From: Azolla caroliniana
Taxonomy: Eukaryota; Plantae; Polypodiophyta
Direction of reading: 5' to 3'
Assembly: GCA_043228905.1 (NCBI GenBank)
Contig: JBHGNT010000016.1
Span: 18,228,001-18,292,000, forward strand
DNA: 64,000 nucleotides
Of the stretch, positions 48,561 through 59,187 are shown in pieces. Position 1 is the stretch's first letter. Each line of letters begins with the position of its first letter. The translations under genes were made by a program, and so were the position numbers. The notes below the pieces were generated by a model, which was not told where the DNA came from, made no database searches, and saw only the letters and a program-made list of their open reading frames with translations.

Positions 48561-51010
48561 TTATTGGTGAACTGCATTGATGTGGGGTGTGTGAGAAGGT
48601 ACTTGCAACTTTGGTAGTTTCTGTGAGAGGTTCATAAGCTTGGCATATTTGTTTGAACCGCACGACATAATCATAAGCATCCCTGCAGCAGAGGAAACGA
48701 GGGACTAACTTTGAAATAGAGGTGCCCGACTATCATTGGTAAGAAGTTGTTGGTTGTCATTGGAGGTGCGCTCTTTTTCCATCATTGATACTAAGGTCTA
48801 GATGGATTGTAATGCTACTGCTAATTTAGCATTGGGAGGTATGGGCATGCGGCTGATAGCCGGGTTGTTGAAATAAGCAAGCCCATTAGTACATTAAAAT
48901 TCAAATGTATTGAGTTTTTATAACTAGGATATAAGTTTTATTTAGTACATAAGTATATATTAAGTAGCCTACTATATTATTAAAATATAATAATATAGTA
49001 GATAATACTAATAATTAAAATATTTTATGAATTACAAGTGGCCCACTAGTCTTCTAGCTATGTGAGACTATCATAAATTCTCACATGGGTTGGTATTTAT
49101 GTTGTGAGGCGTCGCAGGTCTCCGAGTATGTTCTTCACTAGGGCTCCTATTCGTCGTACTTGAGCGAGGCATCGTACTAAATCCATGTTCATTGCGTCTT
49201 CAAGGCGATGTCACATCAAGAAGCATGAATTTTTGTTGCACTCGCACGTGCGCTTCCTTTCTTTCCGTGAGTGCGACCTCGATATCTCACGTAAGCATGT
49301 CTGAATGTCTGCCCTTCAAGAGTTGCGTTGTCCATAACACCATTTCTTGTTCGCTTGTTCACAATTCCTCTAGTGTGTCTTGAATATGTCGTTCTAGGCT
49401 TGATTGATTATTGACTGGGCTTTCATGGAGCAAAGTTGTGTTGAGAGGCACGCTGGCGAAAAGGCCCAGACGAAGATTGATGTTGGGTAACACCCTAGGT
49501 GTTAACCAACCGCCATGATATCTTGTTGGTTTTGATGTAGTAGTTTCTTGGTTGGGGTTCGCCCTTGTGGTCTCGTCTAGGAGCATAGATTTTGACTTGA
49601 ATAGCCTTGTCCATGTGGAATCACCATGTGTTTTCGTCATTCGGTATTGGTGTGACTCCTCAAGTATTCACACTCGTCAATGTTGGTGCTCGTCGAGTAT
49701 TCGCACTCATCGAGTATTCGTGGACATTGTCTAATCTTTACTATTCGAGTATTGGTTCATTGAGTATTCGTGATCGTTGAGTGTTCTTTACTCGCCATCC
49801 ATTGGTAATTGTCAGGTATTGGTATCAGTCGAGTATCGATACTCGTCAAGTATTCAAACAAAACCGTTAAATCCTTTGAAAAAATTATTGGTGCCAACTT
49901 CAATCTCATGCCAATGGGCAGTTTCACATACAACCACCTTGAATGCTTGTCAGCACAAATCACATTGATCTTCTTTTTTGTTGTAAAGGCTAGATCTCAA
50001 TGGTGATTAGTGATAATCAGACAATTAGCATGCTAATATCCGAGCGATTAATGAGTAATTAAAAGGAAAAACTGAAAATACAAGAACTAAAAACAGAATT
50101 AAATAGGATTAAGGCTTTTAAACAACTATAAAAAATGTTTCTACCTTCGTTAAGTGGTTTGCCTAACGAGCTTAAGCAAAAGCTCAAAGTTGTTTTCAAG
50201 CATTGACCATATCCCCGGCAATGATACCAAATAGATGTGTAGATCCGTGCACCTCACATGAAACACTTCTATAGGTCGACAAAGTTGTACATTCCATTGA
50301 TGTCGTTTGCAAAATGTGGACTGACATTGTCGAGGAAATCCTCGCGTGTTCGCGAAATGAAGCGGGACCACCGGGGTCCTCAACCGGAAGGATTCGATGT
50401 TTTTAGCAGCGTAAGAAAGAATGTATTGAAGATGGATGGATGGATGGATGAAGAGAGAGAGAGAGATTGAGATAGACATTGAACCCTTGACTTTAGTTTT
50501 ACAAGACAAGATACATCACCATTAGGATAACTCCGATCTTTGATTAAGACTTTCTTTTTTTTTACTTACATCACTTGCTTCCTTACACAAGCCCCACTAT
50601 AGGCTTTTATAGGTCTCTCCATGCAAAAACCATGAGCTAAACCCACGGGCTAAAACCATAGTTTTGTGCCCACGGTTTCTATATGTTTGCTTCCTATAAA
50701 ATACTAAATATGAAAAGAAAATATCAGTTGGAATTTTTTAATGTTTGTATGTATAATGTAGATAGTAATAAAACTGATTCAAGCTAAAAAAAAAATGGGC
50801 AATCTAAAAAAAATAGCGAGGTTTGAGAAGAAGTCACAGAAAGGAGAGTAAGAGTAATAGAAAAAATAATAATAATAAAGAATACTACAACGATTTTATA
50901 TATATTTCAAGTTTTGTCATTGATTTGTATCAACACAACGGGTCCCTACGTATTATTTGGTCTCTATTATGGTTTACTCACAACATTATCTGTTGTAAAG
51001 CACTCAGTAG

Positions 51011-51070
51011 TGGCTTTACTGGTACGTTAATTTGTCTCCTATCTTGGAGGTGCAAGGTTCAAGCCTTGCT
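51011..51070 (+). promoter_or_regulatory. tRNA-like A-box/B-box module in N1 LTR (second copy 57251-57310)
   Basis: TGGCTTTACTGG, 33 nt, GGTTCAAGCC. T-arm-like GCAAGG-TTCAAG-CCTTGC. Confidence 0.55.
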
Positions 51071-52128
51071 TCCACCCCTATGTATACACTTAAATGTTAC
51101 TAGGCTTTAGTCTTATTTTTATATTTACAATTGAGCGCACATCACACGTGCACATGTTTAACTTTACATCTAGCTTTTCTTTTAGGATTCTCATTTCAGT
51201 TCTATTTACAGCATGCTAGCATATGTGTGTGGCCTTCACCCCTTTCACACGTGCACATTGTACCTTCTCGATTTCGTTCGTTGCACACAATTTTCACACC
51301 ATTGCCGAAAATCTTCATGACATCCACCCCAACCAAACCGCACGTCCTCTGGTGCGTGCCAAGAAGAGAGTGTGAGATTTCAACTACGGTGATTATTACG
51401 ATTCCTCTATTTCGAGCATGTCCATTCCCTTCGCTCAAACCATTGTCGCCACCCAATCCACCATATCATTCGCTCATTCTTTGCTTTACCATGACTAGTT
51501 GTCATGGCCCCTTGTTCTCCTTCCGAGCATAACCGTTTAGGCTCTATGCATGTTCCACCTTCGTTCCGACCATCTCCTTGGTCAAGGCACTTTGACCCAT
51601 CATGCAGTTTTGTTTTCAGTCTTTCTCCACAAGTCGTTATTTGAATAATGGCATCGAATACCCCATGTAGTATCTTCAAGTGTATGCCCATGTCGAGATC
51701 CTTACGCGACCATTTTTCATGCTTCCCACTTCGTCCATCGTTGTGGTTTCTTCTTATGTTAGAGTTCTCCATCGATTCCTCGATCTTAATGATAGTGTCC
51801 GCCTTCAAGTTGAATGTTACATCAATATCTTGAGGAATACCCTTCAAATCTTCTTGGCTCACTTGGCCCTCGTTTTCTTTTGTTGTGCTTTCAACCACTG
51901 CTGCCCAAGTCTCTGGAACATGTGCGAAGGAATCCATTTGTCCTTGGTCAATCACCTTTGAAACCTTTGTCTTGATGTCATCTTTCACATTAGATTGGAA
52001 CTCCCCCTTGTTGCCACCTTCCGTTGTCGTAGTGTATTTTGTACACTACGTGAAAAACTTATAAAGTACCAATTTAATAAATATGAATAAATAGTAGAAA
52101 ATATTAAAATTTATATAACATGCATAGG

Positions 52129-52185
52129 GCAAGATTCGAACCTTGCACCTCCATGTTAATAATGTAATGTCTTACCATTACACTA
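52129..52185 (-). promoter_or_regulatory. tRNA-like A-box/B-box module in N2 LTR (second copy 54758-54814)
   Basis: TAGTGTAATGG, 32 nt, GGTTCGAATCT. Other LTR: TAGCATAATGG, 32 nt, GGTTTGAATCT. Confidence 0.6.
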
Positions 52186-52835
52186 GCATTTCATTTATGT
52201 TTAAAAATAGATGTTCCACATAGAAAGCTTAGTTCACCTAGGATAAACTTTAGTTAAAAGAAAACGCATGCTAAAAGAAAAAGCTACACATGCACATCTA
52301 GCGTGCATGAACGCTATAGTTGATAAAAAAAAAACGCACAAGTTAGAAAAAGCATGATCACTTTAGATAAAGCATATAGTCTATCTATAGGAAAAGCATG
52401 GAGTCTATAGTTAGGGAAAAAAAAAAAGCATGGACTCCCTCATCACTACATAAGGATGGGGAGCACAATGTAATAGGTGTGTGAAAAATATTTGGGAAAT
52501 TGGATATATTTCCTAAAAACACCAATTAATATAATCGTGGGATTCACGAAAATAATATAATCTATACTTGTGGGATTCACAAGTTTCTTATATCTTTCTT
52601 TCAATCTAAATACATATTCTTATCTAAATATTGATTAATCGATTACAATACACTCGTGGGATTCACGAAATTTCTATCTCTCTTTCTAATAATCTATTCA
52701 TTACTAGCCTCATCTCATATTCTTCTTTCTCCTAGTCCAAAACCTCAGTGGTTCCCACCCGACTCACGCAAACGATCCGGAGCCGAAAGGCACGACACAG
52801 TTGGTGAACCCGACGTGAAGGCGGGTGGCAAGGAG

Positions 52836-54695
52836 ATGGAGAATCAAGAAGAGGCAATGAGTATAACGATGATAATGATGTTCGAGCGGATGCTACAAGA
52901 ACAACGAGCGATGTCGGAGATCACGGGGGCAGTAAAGCGGCTCGTACAACGAAACGGACAATTCAACGGAAACGATGTGTCATGCTATCTACGTGACTAC
53001 AAGGCGGAGATGATGCGATGTGGGATACCGGAAGGATTGCAAGTGATATCCTTCAGTTGGGTAGTCATGGATGAGCTACAAGAGAGAATCCACAAGATAC
53101 GGCAACAAAACTCGACATGGGGGTCATTCGAAGAAGCTTTACAAGAGGCATATGATTACAAGAGATCGAAGGGAAAAGATCGGCGAGAATTCGACGAATG
53201 GGTGGCATCGGAGAAGACCCACCGAAGTGCAACACAAGCATTCCTAGAGTTCGAGCATCGTTTTGCTCGACTCTCGGAGAGGGAACGAAGATTGGTGGGA
53301 GAAGATAAAGTCTTAATGTTCGTAAGATCGATCGATCGAAAAGAAAGGATGGACATCGGGATCGAACTCGAAGACGATGACGGTGCGAACGGTCTTACCG
53401 AGGATTGGGCCAAAGTCGAAAGGGTATGCCGAAGACATGATGAAAGGAAGCTGAGAATCTCGTCAACAACGACATGGCCCATGAAGGATGGTCGATTGAG
53501 GAAAAACAATGAAGCCGATATGAAGGCCGAAATACAACATGATGGTGCGACGGAAGAGGGTGTAAAACAAGCTACCCTCTTGTCTTGCGAAAGAACGACG
53601 GCGAAGGATAAGGCCGATAACCCAAGTGTAGAAGAAGATTTCGGAATACAAGTGTCCGAAACATCAGGTGAAAAAGGGGTAAGCATAATTGATGTTTCCA
53701 TAATTGATGCAGTGAAAGAGAGCAAGGAGGACTTGATTGAGGAGGTCACCAAGAAAGATGACATCGAATCGAAGGTGGCTATGGACGAATCAATGGCGGA
53801 TGGCCATATCGAGACTTCCCCACCACTGATTCTAGAGACTCCGGCGGTTGCGTTTGAAAGGCAACGTGAGACCGAAGAGACGGAAGGTGGCGGAGAGAAA
53901 ACAAAGGTCGAAGTCGATGCATACAACGGAGAGATAGCCGAGAATATGGCTATGGGTGAAACAATGGAGGATGATAATACCGAGGATTCCTACCCACTAA
54001 TCCTAGAGACTTCGGCGGTTGTGTCTGAGAAGCAACGTGAGACCGGAGAGACGGGAGGTGGCGGCAAGAAAGGTAAAGTCGGAAGCCGGTTCGGATGGAA
54101 GGTGATCCGGACGGGATTCCGATCCGAAAGAAAGCCGAACCGGGTAAAAGACGATTCGGCCAAAAGACGATCCGGAAAGAAGCTAATCCGACTCAACCGA
54201 AGGTTGGACCGGTCGAGGCTGGTGAAAACGAGGAAAAGAAAGCCAACCGAAACCGAAACCGATAGATTGAAACCGGGCCGGAAGGAGACCGACTCAATCG
54301 AAACCGAACAACCGATTCCGATTCGGCTAAATACGAATCCGATCGGAAGCCGATCATACCGAAAGTCGATCGGACGAGAGCGATCCGGAAAAAAGTCAAG
54401 GTTGATGAAGACAAGAAAGAGGCCAGTAAAAGACACTACCACGAATGACAAGGGCCAAGAATATGACGAGAGAGAACAAAGAATATGGTGGATCGGATGG
54501 CGACAATGGTTCGGGTGGAAAGAATGGGTCTACTCAAAATGGAGAGACAAAGTTGACATAGCGGGACAAACGGAGGATGAAGGGGAGACAACGAGCATCG
54601 GCAACTTCGGCACATACCGGAGGATGTGCGGGTTCGGAGGGGGCGAGTGTCGTAGTGTATTTCGTACACTACGTGAAAAAGTAAAAATAATATAA
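52836..54695 (+). CDS. N2 gag-like protein (~619 aa), intact
   Basis: GQFNGNDVSCYLRDYKAEM and GLTEDWAKVERVC match W2 gag. Acidic repeats, a basic tract and a WWIGWRQWF motif follow. No zinc knuckle. Confidence 0.88.
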   Translation: MENQEEAMSITMIMMFERMLQEQRAMSEITGAVKRLVQRNGQFNGNDVSCYLRDYKAEMMRCGIPEGLQVISFSWVVMDELQERIHKIRQQNSTWGSFEEALQEAYDYKRSKGKDRREFDEWVASEKTHRSATQAFLEFEHRFARLSERERRLVGEDKVLMFVRSIDRKERMDIGIELEDDDGANGLTEDWAKVERVCRRHDERKLRISSTTTWPMKDGRLRKNNEADMKAEIQHDGATEEGVKQATLLSCERTTAKDKADNPSVEEDFGIQVSETSGEKGVSIIDVSIIDAVKESKEDLIEEVTKKDDIESKVAMDESMADGHIETSPPLILETPAVAFERQRETEETEGGGEKTKVEVDAYNGEIAENMAMGETMEDDNTEDSYPLILETSAVVSEKQRETGETGGGGKKGKVGSRFGWKVIRTGFRSERKPNRVKDDSAKRRSGKKLIRLNRRLDRSRLVKTRKRKPTETETDRLKPGRKETDSIETEQPIPIRLNTNPIGSRSYRKSIGRERSGKKSRLMKTRKRPVKDTTTNDKGQEYDEREQRIWWIGWRQWFGWKEWVYSKWRDKVDIAGQTEDEGETTSIGNFGTYRRMCGFGGGECRSVFRTLREKVKII

Positions 54696-57600
54696 CCGAT
54701 TTAATTACATATAAATAAATAAAATAAGAATATCAAGATATTTATCACGTGCATAGGGCAAGATTCAAACCTTGTACCTCCACGTAGCCAAACCTCAACT
54801 TTACCATTATGCTACCTTATCTTTAGTGTTCTACAAATAGATTTAATAACTATAACTCCTTTATTTGCGTCTACCTTTATTAAAAGGTAAATCATGCATT
54901 TTTAGAGTGCGTGAATATTTTATAGAAAAACGCAAGCAACTAAAAAGTGACTCATGTACATCTAGCGTGCATGAGCACTATATTTAGCAAATAAAAGCAA
55001 GGATTAGAAAAGCATCACATGCACATTTAGTGTGCATGAACATATTAGAAAAAAAGCATGTAGCTATGCTTAGTCTCTCCCATCACTATATAAGGATGGG
55101 GAGCACATTGTAGTTTTTGTTGATTATTTTTCTATAATGATCAATCAATCTAAAATATTCGTGGGATTCACGAATTTGCTAAAATAATTCTCTCTTACTA
55201 CCTAAATATTGACTAAATATACTAAACTCGTGGGATTCACGAGATTCTTATCTTATAACTCTTTATACCTATTCTTTACTAGCCTTATTTGTATTTTTCT
55301 TTCTCCTAGTCCAAAACCTCGGCGGTTCCCACCCGACTCACGCAACGATCCGGAGCCGAAAGGCACGACACCGTCTCTTGTGTCTTCTGTTGCTTCTCGG
55401 ACGCAACTGCCCAAGTCTCTAGAACCAGTGAGGGGAAAGTCTTGTCACTGCCATCATTCACCATTGACTTGTCGATATCTATCTTCGCCTCGATGTTGTG
55501 CACACCATCTTGGTCCTTCTCCTTACTATCACCTTCCATCTCTTGGGTCTCACGTTGGCTCTCTGCAACTGCCCAAGTCTCCGGAACTTGTGTGAAGGAA
55601 TCCTCGATGTGACCATCTGTCATTAATTCTTTCATAGCCACCTCTGACTTGATGTCATTTCTTATGGCTATCTCTTCAATCTCATGGGCCTCATACCCAT
55701 TGACCTTCTTGATAGAGCAATCTTCGATTATCCTTCTCTCTTCGTCGCATGTATTCGTTTCGACCTTCGGCTCCTCACCGACACCTTCCGTCTCTTGGGT
55801 CTCACGTTGGTTCTTGGACGCAACTGCCCAAGTCTCTAGAGCATGTGTGGAGAAAATCCGGCCATGGTCGTTGTCGACGCTTGTTGTCTTGTTCATAGTC
55901 ACCTCCTTGATGTCGTCTTTAGCGGCTAGATCCTCAATTACACTAGCCTCACACTCTTTATCTCCATTGACGCAAGCTTTGATTAGGCTTGCTCCTTCAT
56001 CATCTGATGTTTCGAACACGATGCGTGTTCGGAAACATTTGTCCTCCTTTGAAATGGCTGTCATCGCCCTCGAGTCATCATCAATCTTCTTTTCATTATG
56101 GATGTGTTGTTTAGGCGTCTCGACTTCTTTAGATGGTTTTGATTTTTCTACACTTGGTCTTACCAAGTTAATATCATCAAGCCATTGATGACGCCTGTCG
56201 ATCTTGTTGCATGCTTGCTTCACTGCAACCCAATCCGCCATAAGCCCGTTCGCTTGGGTATCATCTTCAAGGAGAGTCCCCAACTCTCCTCTATCCTTCA
56301 TGTCCACAGCCTTCAAGAAGTACAAATTCTTGTCCTCCTCAAGCAGCACTTTGTCCGTGGCGGGGAGACAACGAAACATTTGGTCGAACTCGTCGTACAC
56401 CCTCGAAGCGCTCATCCTCTTATTCTTCTTTTCTATCCACTTCATCAAGGCATGTCGAGTCATCCTCGACAAATCTTCCATCGCAAACTCTGCAAATATC
56501 GCCTTCTCGAACTCCGACCACATTGTCTTCCCTTCTTGAAGCTCGATGACGCGCCTTTGGATGTTGGTGGCGACCACTCTCTTGAAAACTTGTAATTTGA
56601 CGCACTTCAGACACGTCCCTCTGATTCATCTCCCTTTTGTATGCATCAAGGAACTTCGTAATGTTCATTCCGTCAAATTGACCCTCGACGTCCACGACAC
56701 GGTTGACGGCCTTCTCCACGCTCGCATCGTTGTCCCGAGATTTGATCATTTGTTCGAAGATTATCATCATTCTTTCGAACTCTCCCACTTGATTGCTTGA
56801 GGATGCCATCTCCAAGTATTGGTCGATCCTCGTCTTTATCCTTCCTACTGCTTCTTCACGTCGGGTTCACCAAGTAAGATGTCGAGGAAATCCTCGCGTG
56901 TTCGCGAAATGAAGCGGGACCACCAGGGTCTTGGACCGGAAGGATTCGATGTTTTTAGCAGCGTAAAAGAGAGAGAGAGAGATTGAACCCTTGACTTTAG
57001 TTTTACGAGACAAGATACATCACCATTAAGATAACTCTGATCTTTGATTAAGAGTTTCTTTTTTTTACTTACATCACTTGCTTCCTTACACAAGCCCCAT
57101 TATAGGCTTTTATAGGTCTCTCCATGCAAAAACCATGGGCTAAAACCACGGGCTAAAACCATGGTTTTGTGCCCACGGTTTCTATATGTTTGCTTCTTAC
57201 AAAATACTGAATATGAAAAGAAAATATACAAATTCTAAAGCACTCAGTAGTGGCTTTATTGGTAAGTTAATTTGCCTCTTATCTTGGAGGTGCAAGGTTC
57301 AAGCTTTGCTTCCACCCCTATGTATGCACTTAAATGTTACTAGGCTTTAGTCTTATTTTTATATTTACAATTGAGCGCACATCACACGTGCACATGTGTA
57401 ACTTTACATCTAGCTTTTCTTTTAGGATTCTCATTTCAGTCCTATTTACAACATGCTAGCGTATGTGTGTGGCCTTCACCCCTTTCACACGTGCACATTG
57501 TACCTTCTCGATTTCGTTCGTTGCACACAATTTTCACACCGTTGCCGAAAATCTTCATGACAACGTATCCCCTCTTGGTGGCGAACCGGGTAAGGGTAAT

Positions 57601-58013
57601 TGTGAAATACCCTCGAGACTCACACTCACTTAACGAATACACAGAATTAACGCCTTAAATCTCTCTCACACTCACTCTCTTAGACAAATAGAAACCATGA
57701 ATATATTTATTAAACCCTCTTGCTAAGGGTTCAAGCACCAACATGGATTAGAGATTAGTGTTTTTCTACAAATCTATCATGAATCTCTCTTAAGCTTATG
57801 ATTACAAGAAAGAAGAGAGGAAGCTTTAGAGATCTTACGAATGGAGGAACCCTTACAAATACATCATTGTGTGGTTTATATAGGTTTTACATAGTGGGTG
57901 TGGCCATTTCACACTTGGCTGCATGTTGGTGTGCATTCCCTTTCATGTGTCCTTTTAGTTGCCGAGTATAATTGTTGATGCACTCTTCTTCATGACCAAG
58001 GCATGATGCACTC

Positions 58014-59187
58014 TAGGGATCGGCAACGGTTCGGTTTAGGCTTAGCCGGTTTGGCTTGATCCAAGCCAAACCGGCTAAGCCTAAACCGTTTACAGGATCT
58101 CAAACCTGAGCCGAGCCGAGCCGAGCCGGTTCACAAACCGGTTAGGCTAAACCGGTTTATGCTAAACCGGTTTGTGAACCGGCTTGGTAAATGGCTTGTA
58201 AACCGGTTTCTAAACCGGCTTGGAAACCGGTTTAGAAACCTCCCTCTCTCTCTCTCTCCCTACCTCCCTCTCTCTCAAATGATCCACTATATACTATATA
58301 CTATATACTATACATTGTACAAGCTCTCCCTCCCACTCTCTCTCACGTATGTGGTCTCTGACTCTCTCTCCCTCTCCCTCTCTCTCCCCTCTATGTAGTT
58401 CCTCTCTCTCTCTCTTTCCCTCTCTGTAGTCTCTCTCTCTCTCCCCTCTATGTAGTTCCTCTCTCTCTCTCTCTCCCCTCTATGTAGTTCCTCTCTCTCT
58501 CTCTCTCCCTCTCTGTAGTCTCTCTCTCTCTCCCCTCTATGTAGTTCCTCTCTCTCTCTCTCTCTCTCCCTCTGTGTAGTCTCTCTCTCTCTCCCCTCTA
58601 TGTAGTTCCTCTCTCTCTCTCTCTCTCCCTCTGTGTAGTCTCTCTCTCTCTCCCCTCTATGTAGTTCCTCTCTCTCTCTCTCTCTCCCCTCTGTGTAGTC
58701 TCTCTCTCTCTCCCCTCTATGTAGTTCCTCTCTCTCTCTCTCTCCCCTTTGTGTAGTCTCTCTCTCTCTCTCCCCTCTATGTAGTTCCTCTCTCTCTCTC
58801 TCTCCCCCCTCTGTGTAGTCTCTCTATCTCTCTCTCTCTCCCCTCTGTGTAGTCTCTCTCTCCTTATATGTTGTCTCCCTCCCTCTGTCTCTCTCTCCTC
58901 GTCTATGTAGTTCTCCCTCCCTCACTCTCTCTCTCTCTCTCTCTTTCCCCTTGTCTATTGTCTCTCTCCCCCTCTCTAAAGTTTATAAACGGCTTAAACG
59001 GCTTAAACGGTTTATCCGACTTAGCCGGCTTGAGCCAGTTTGGCGAGGCTCAAGCCGAGCCGAGCCGAGCTCAAACCGTTAAGGCAAGTTCAAGCCTAAA
59101 CCGAGCCGAGCCGCTAAGCCGCTAAGCCGTTTTCAAGCCGGCTAAGCCAAACGGTTTAGGCTTGAGCCGAGCCGTTGCCGATCCCTA
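58014..59187. mobile_element. Non-autonomous hAT-type DNA transposon
   Basis: Perfect 16-bp TIR TAGGGATCGGCAACGG and 8-bp TSD ATGCACTC (58006-58013, 59188-59195). Subterminal GAGCC and AAACCGG repeats. No transposase. Confidence 0.93.
58380..58860. repeat. CT-rich compound minisatellite inside the hAT element
   Basis: Alternating CCCCTCTATGTAGTTC(CT)n and CCCTCTGTGTAGT(CT)n units. Confidence 0.9.

Larger units (their letters stand above)
52025..55370 (+). mobile_element. Non-autonomous gag-only LTR element N2 nested in N1
   Basis: LTRs at 52025-52797 and 54648-55370, 4-bp TSD CCGT (52021-52024, 55371-55374), perfect Trp PBS at 52802-52819, PPT GGAGGGGGCGAG. Confidence 0.94.
51407..56815 (-). 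pseudogene. N1 gag-like ORF with acidic repeat tail, split by N2
   Basis: N-terminus homologous to W1 gag (GQFDGMNITKF, SRMTRHALMKWIEKK). Removing N2 rejoins ..TQET|EGGNK..VKDDIK in frame. One frameshift near 56580. Confidence 0.85.
50328..57562 (-). mobile_element. Non-autonomous gag-only LTR element N1 (tRNA-Trp primed)
   Basis: LTRs at 50328-51322 and 56880-57562, flanks ACAT/ACGT, perfect PBS TGGTGAACCCGACGTGAA at 56855-56872, PPT next to 51323. No PR, RT or INT. Confidence 0.92.

Noticed and set aside
48880-49060. Helitron 3' end (GTGGCCCAC..CTAG)
   Set aside because: The hairpin is only 4 bp, and no 5' TC end or A/T insertion site could be defined.
52120-52195. Bona fide tRNA gene in the N1/N2 LTRs
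   Set aside because: No convincing acceptor or anticodon stems; only A/B boxes and a T-arm-like hairpin.
50328-57562. Retrozyme (4-bp TSD, non-autonomous, hammerhead in LTR)
   Set aside because: No CTGANGA..GAAA hammerhead core was found by eye in the LTRs, and the elements encode Gag.
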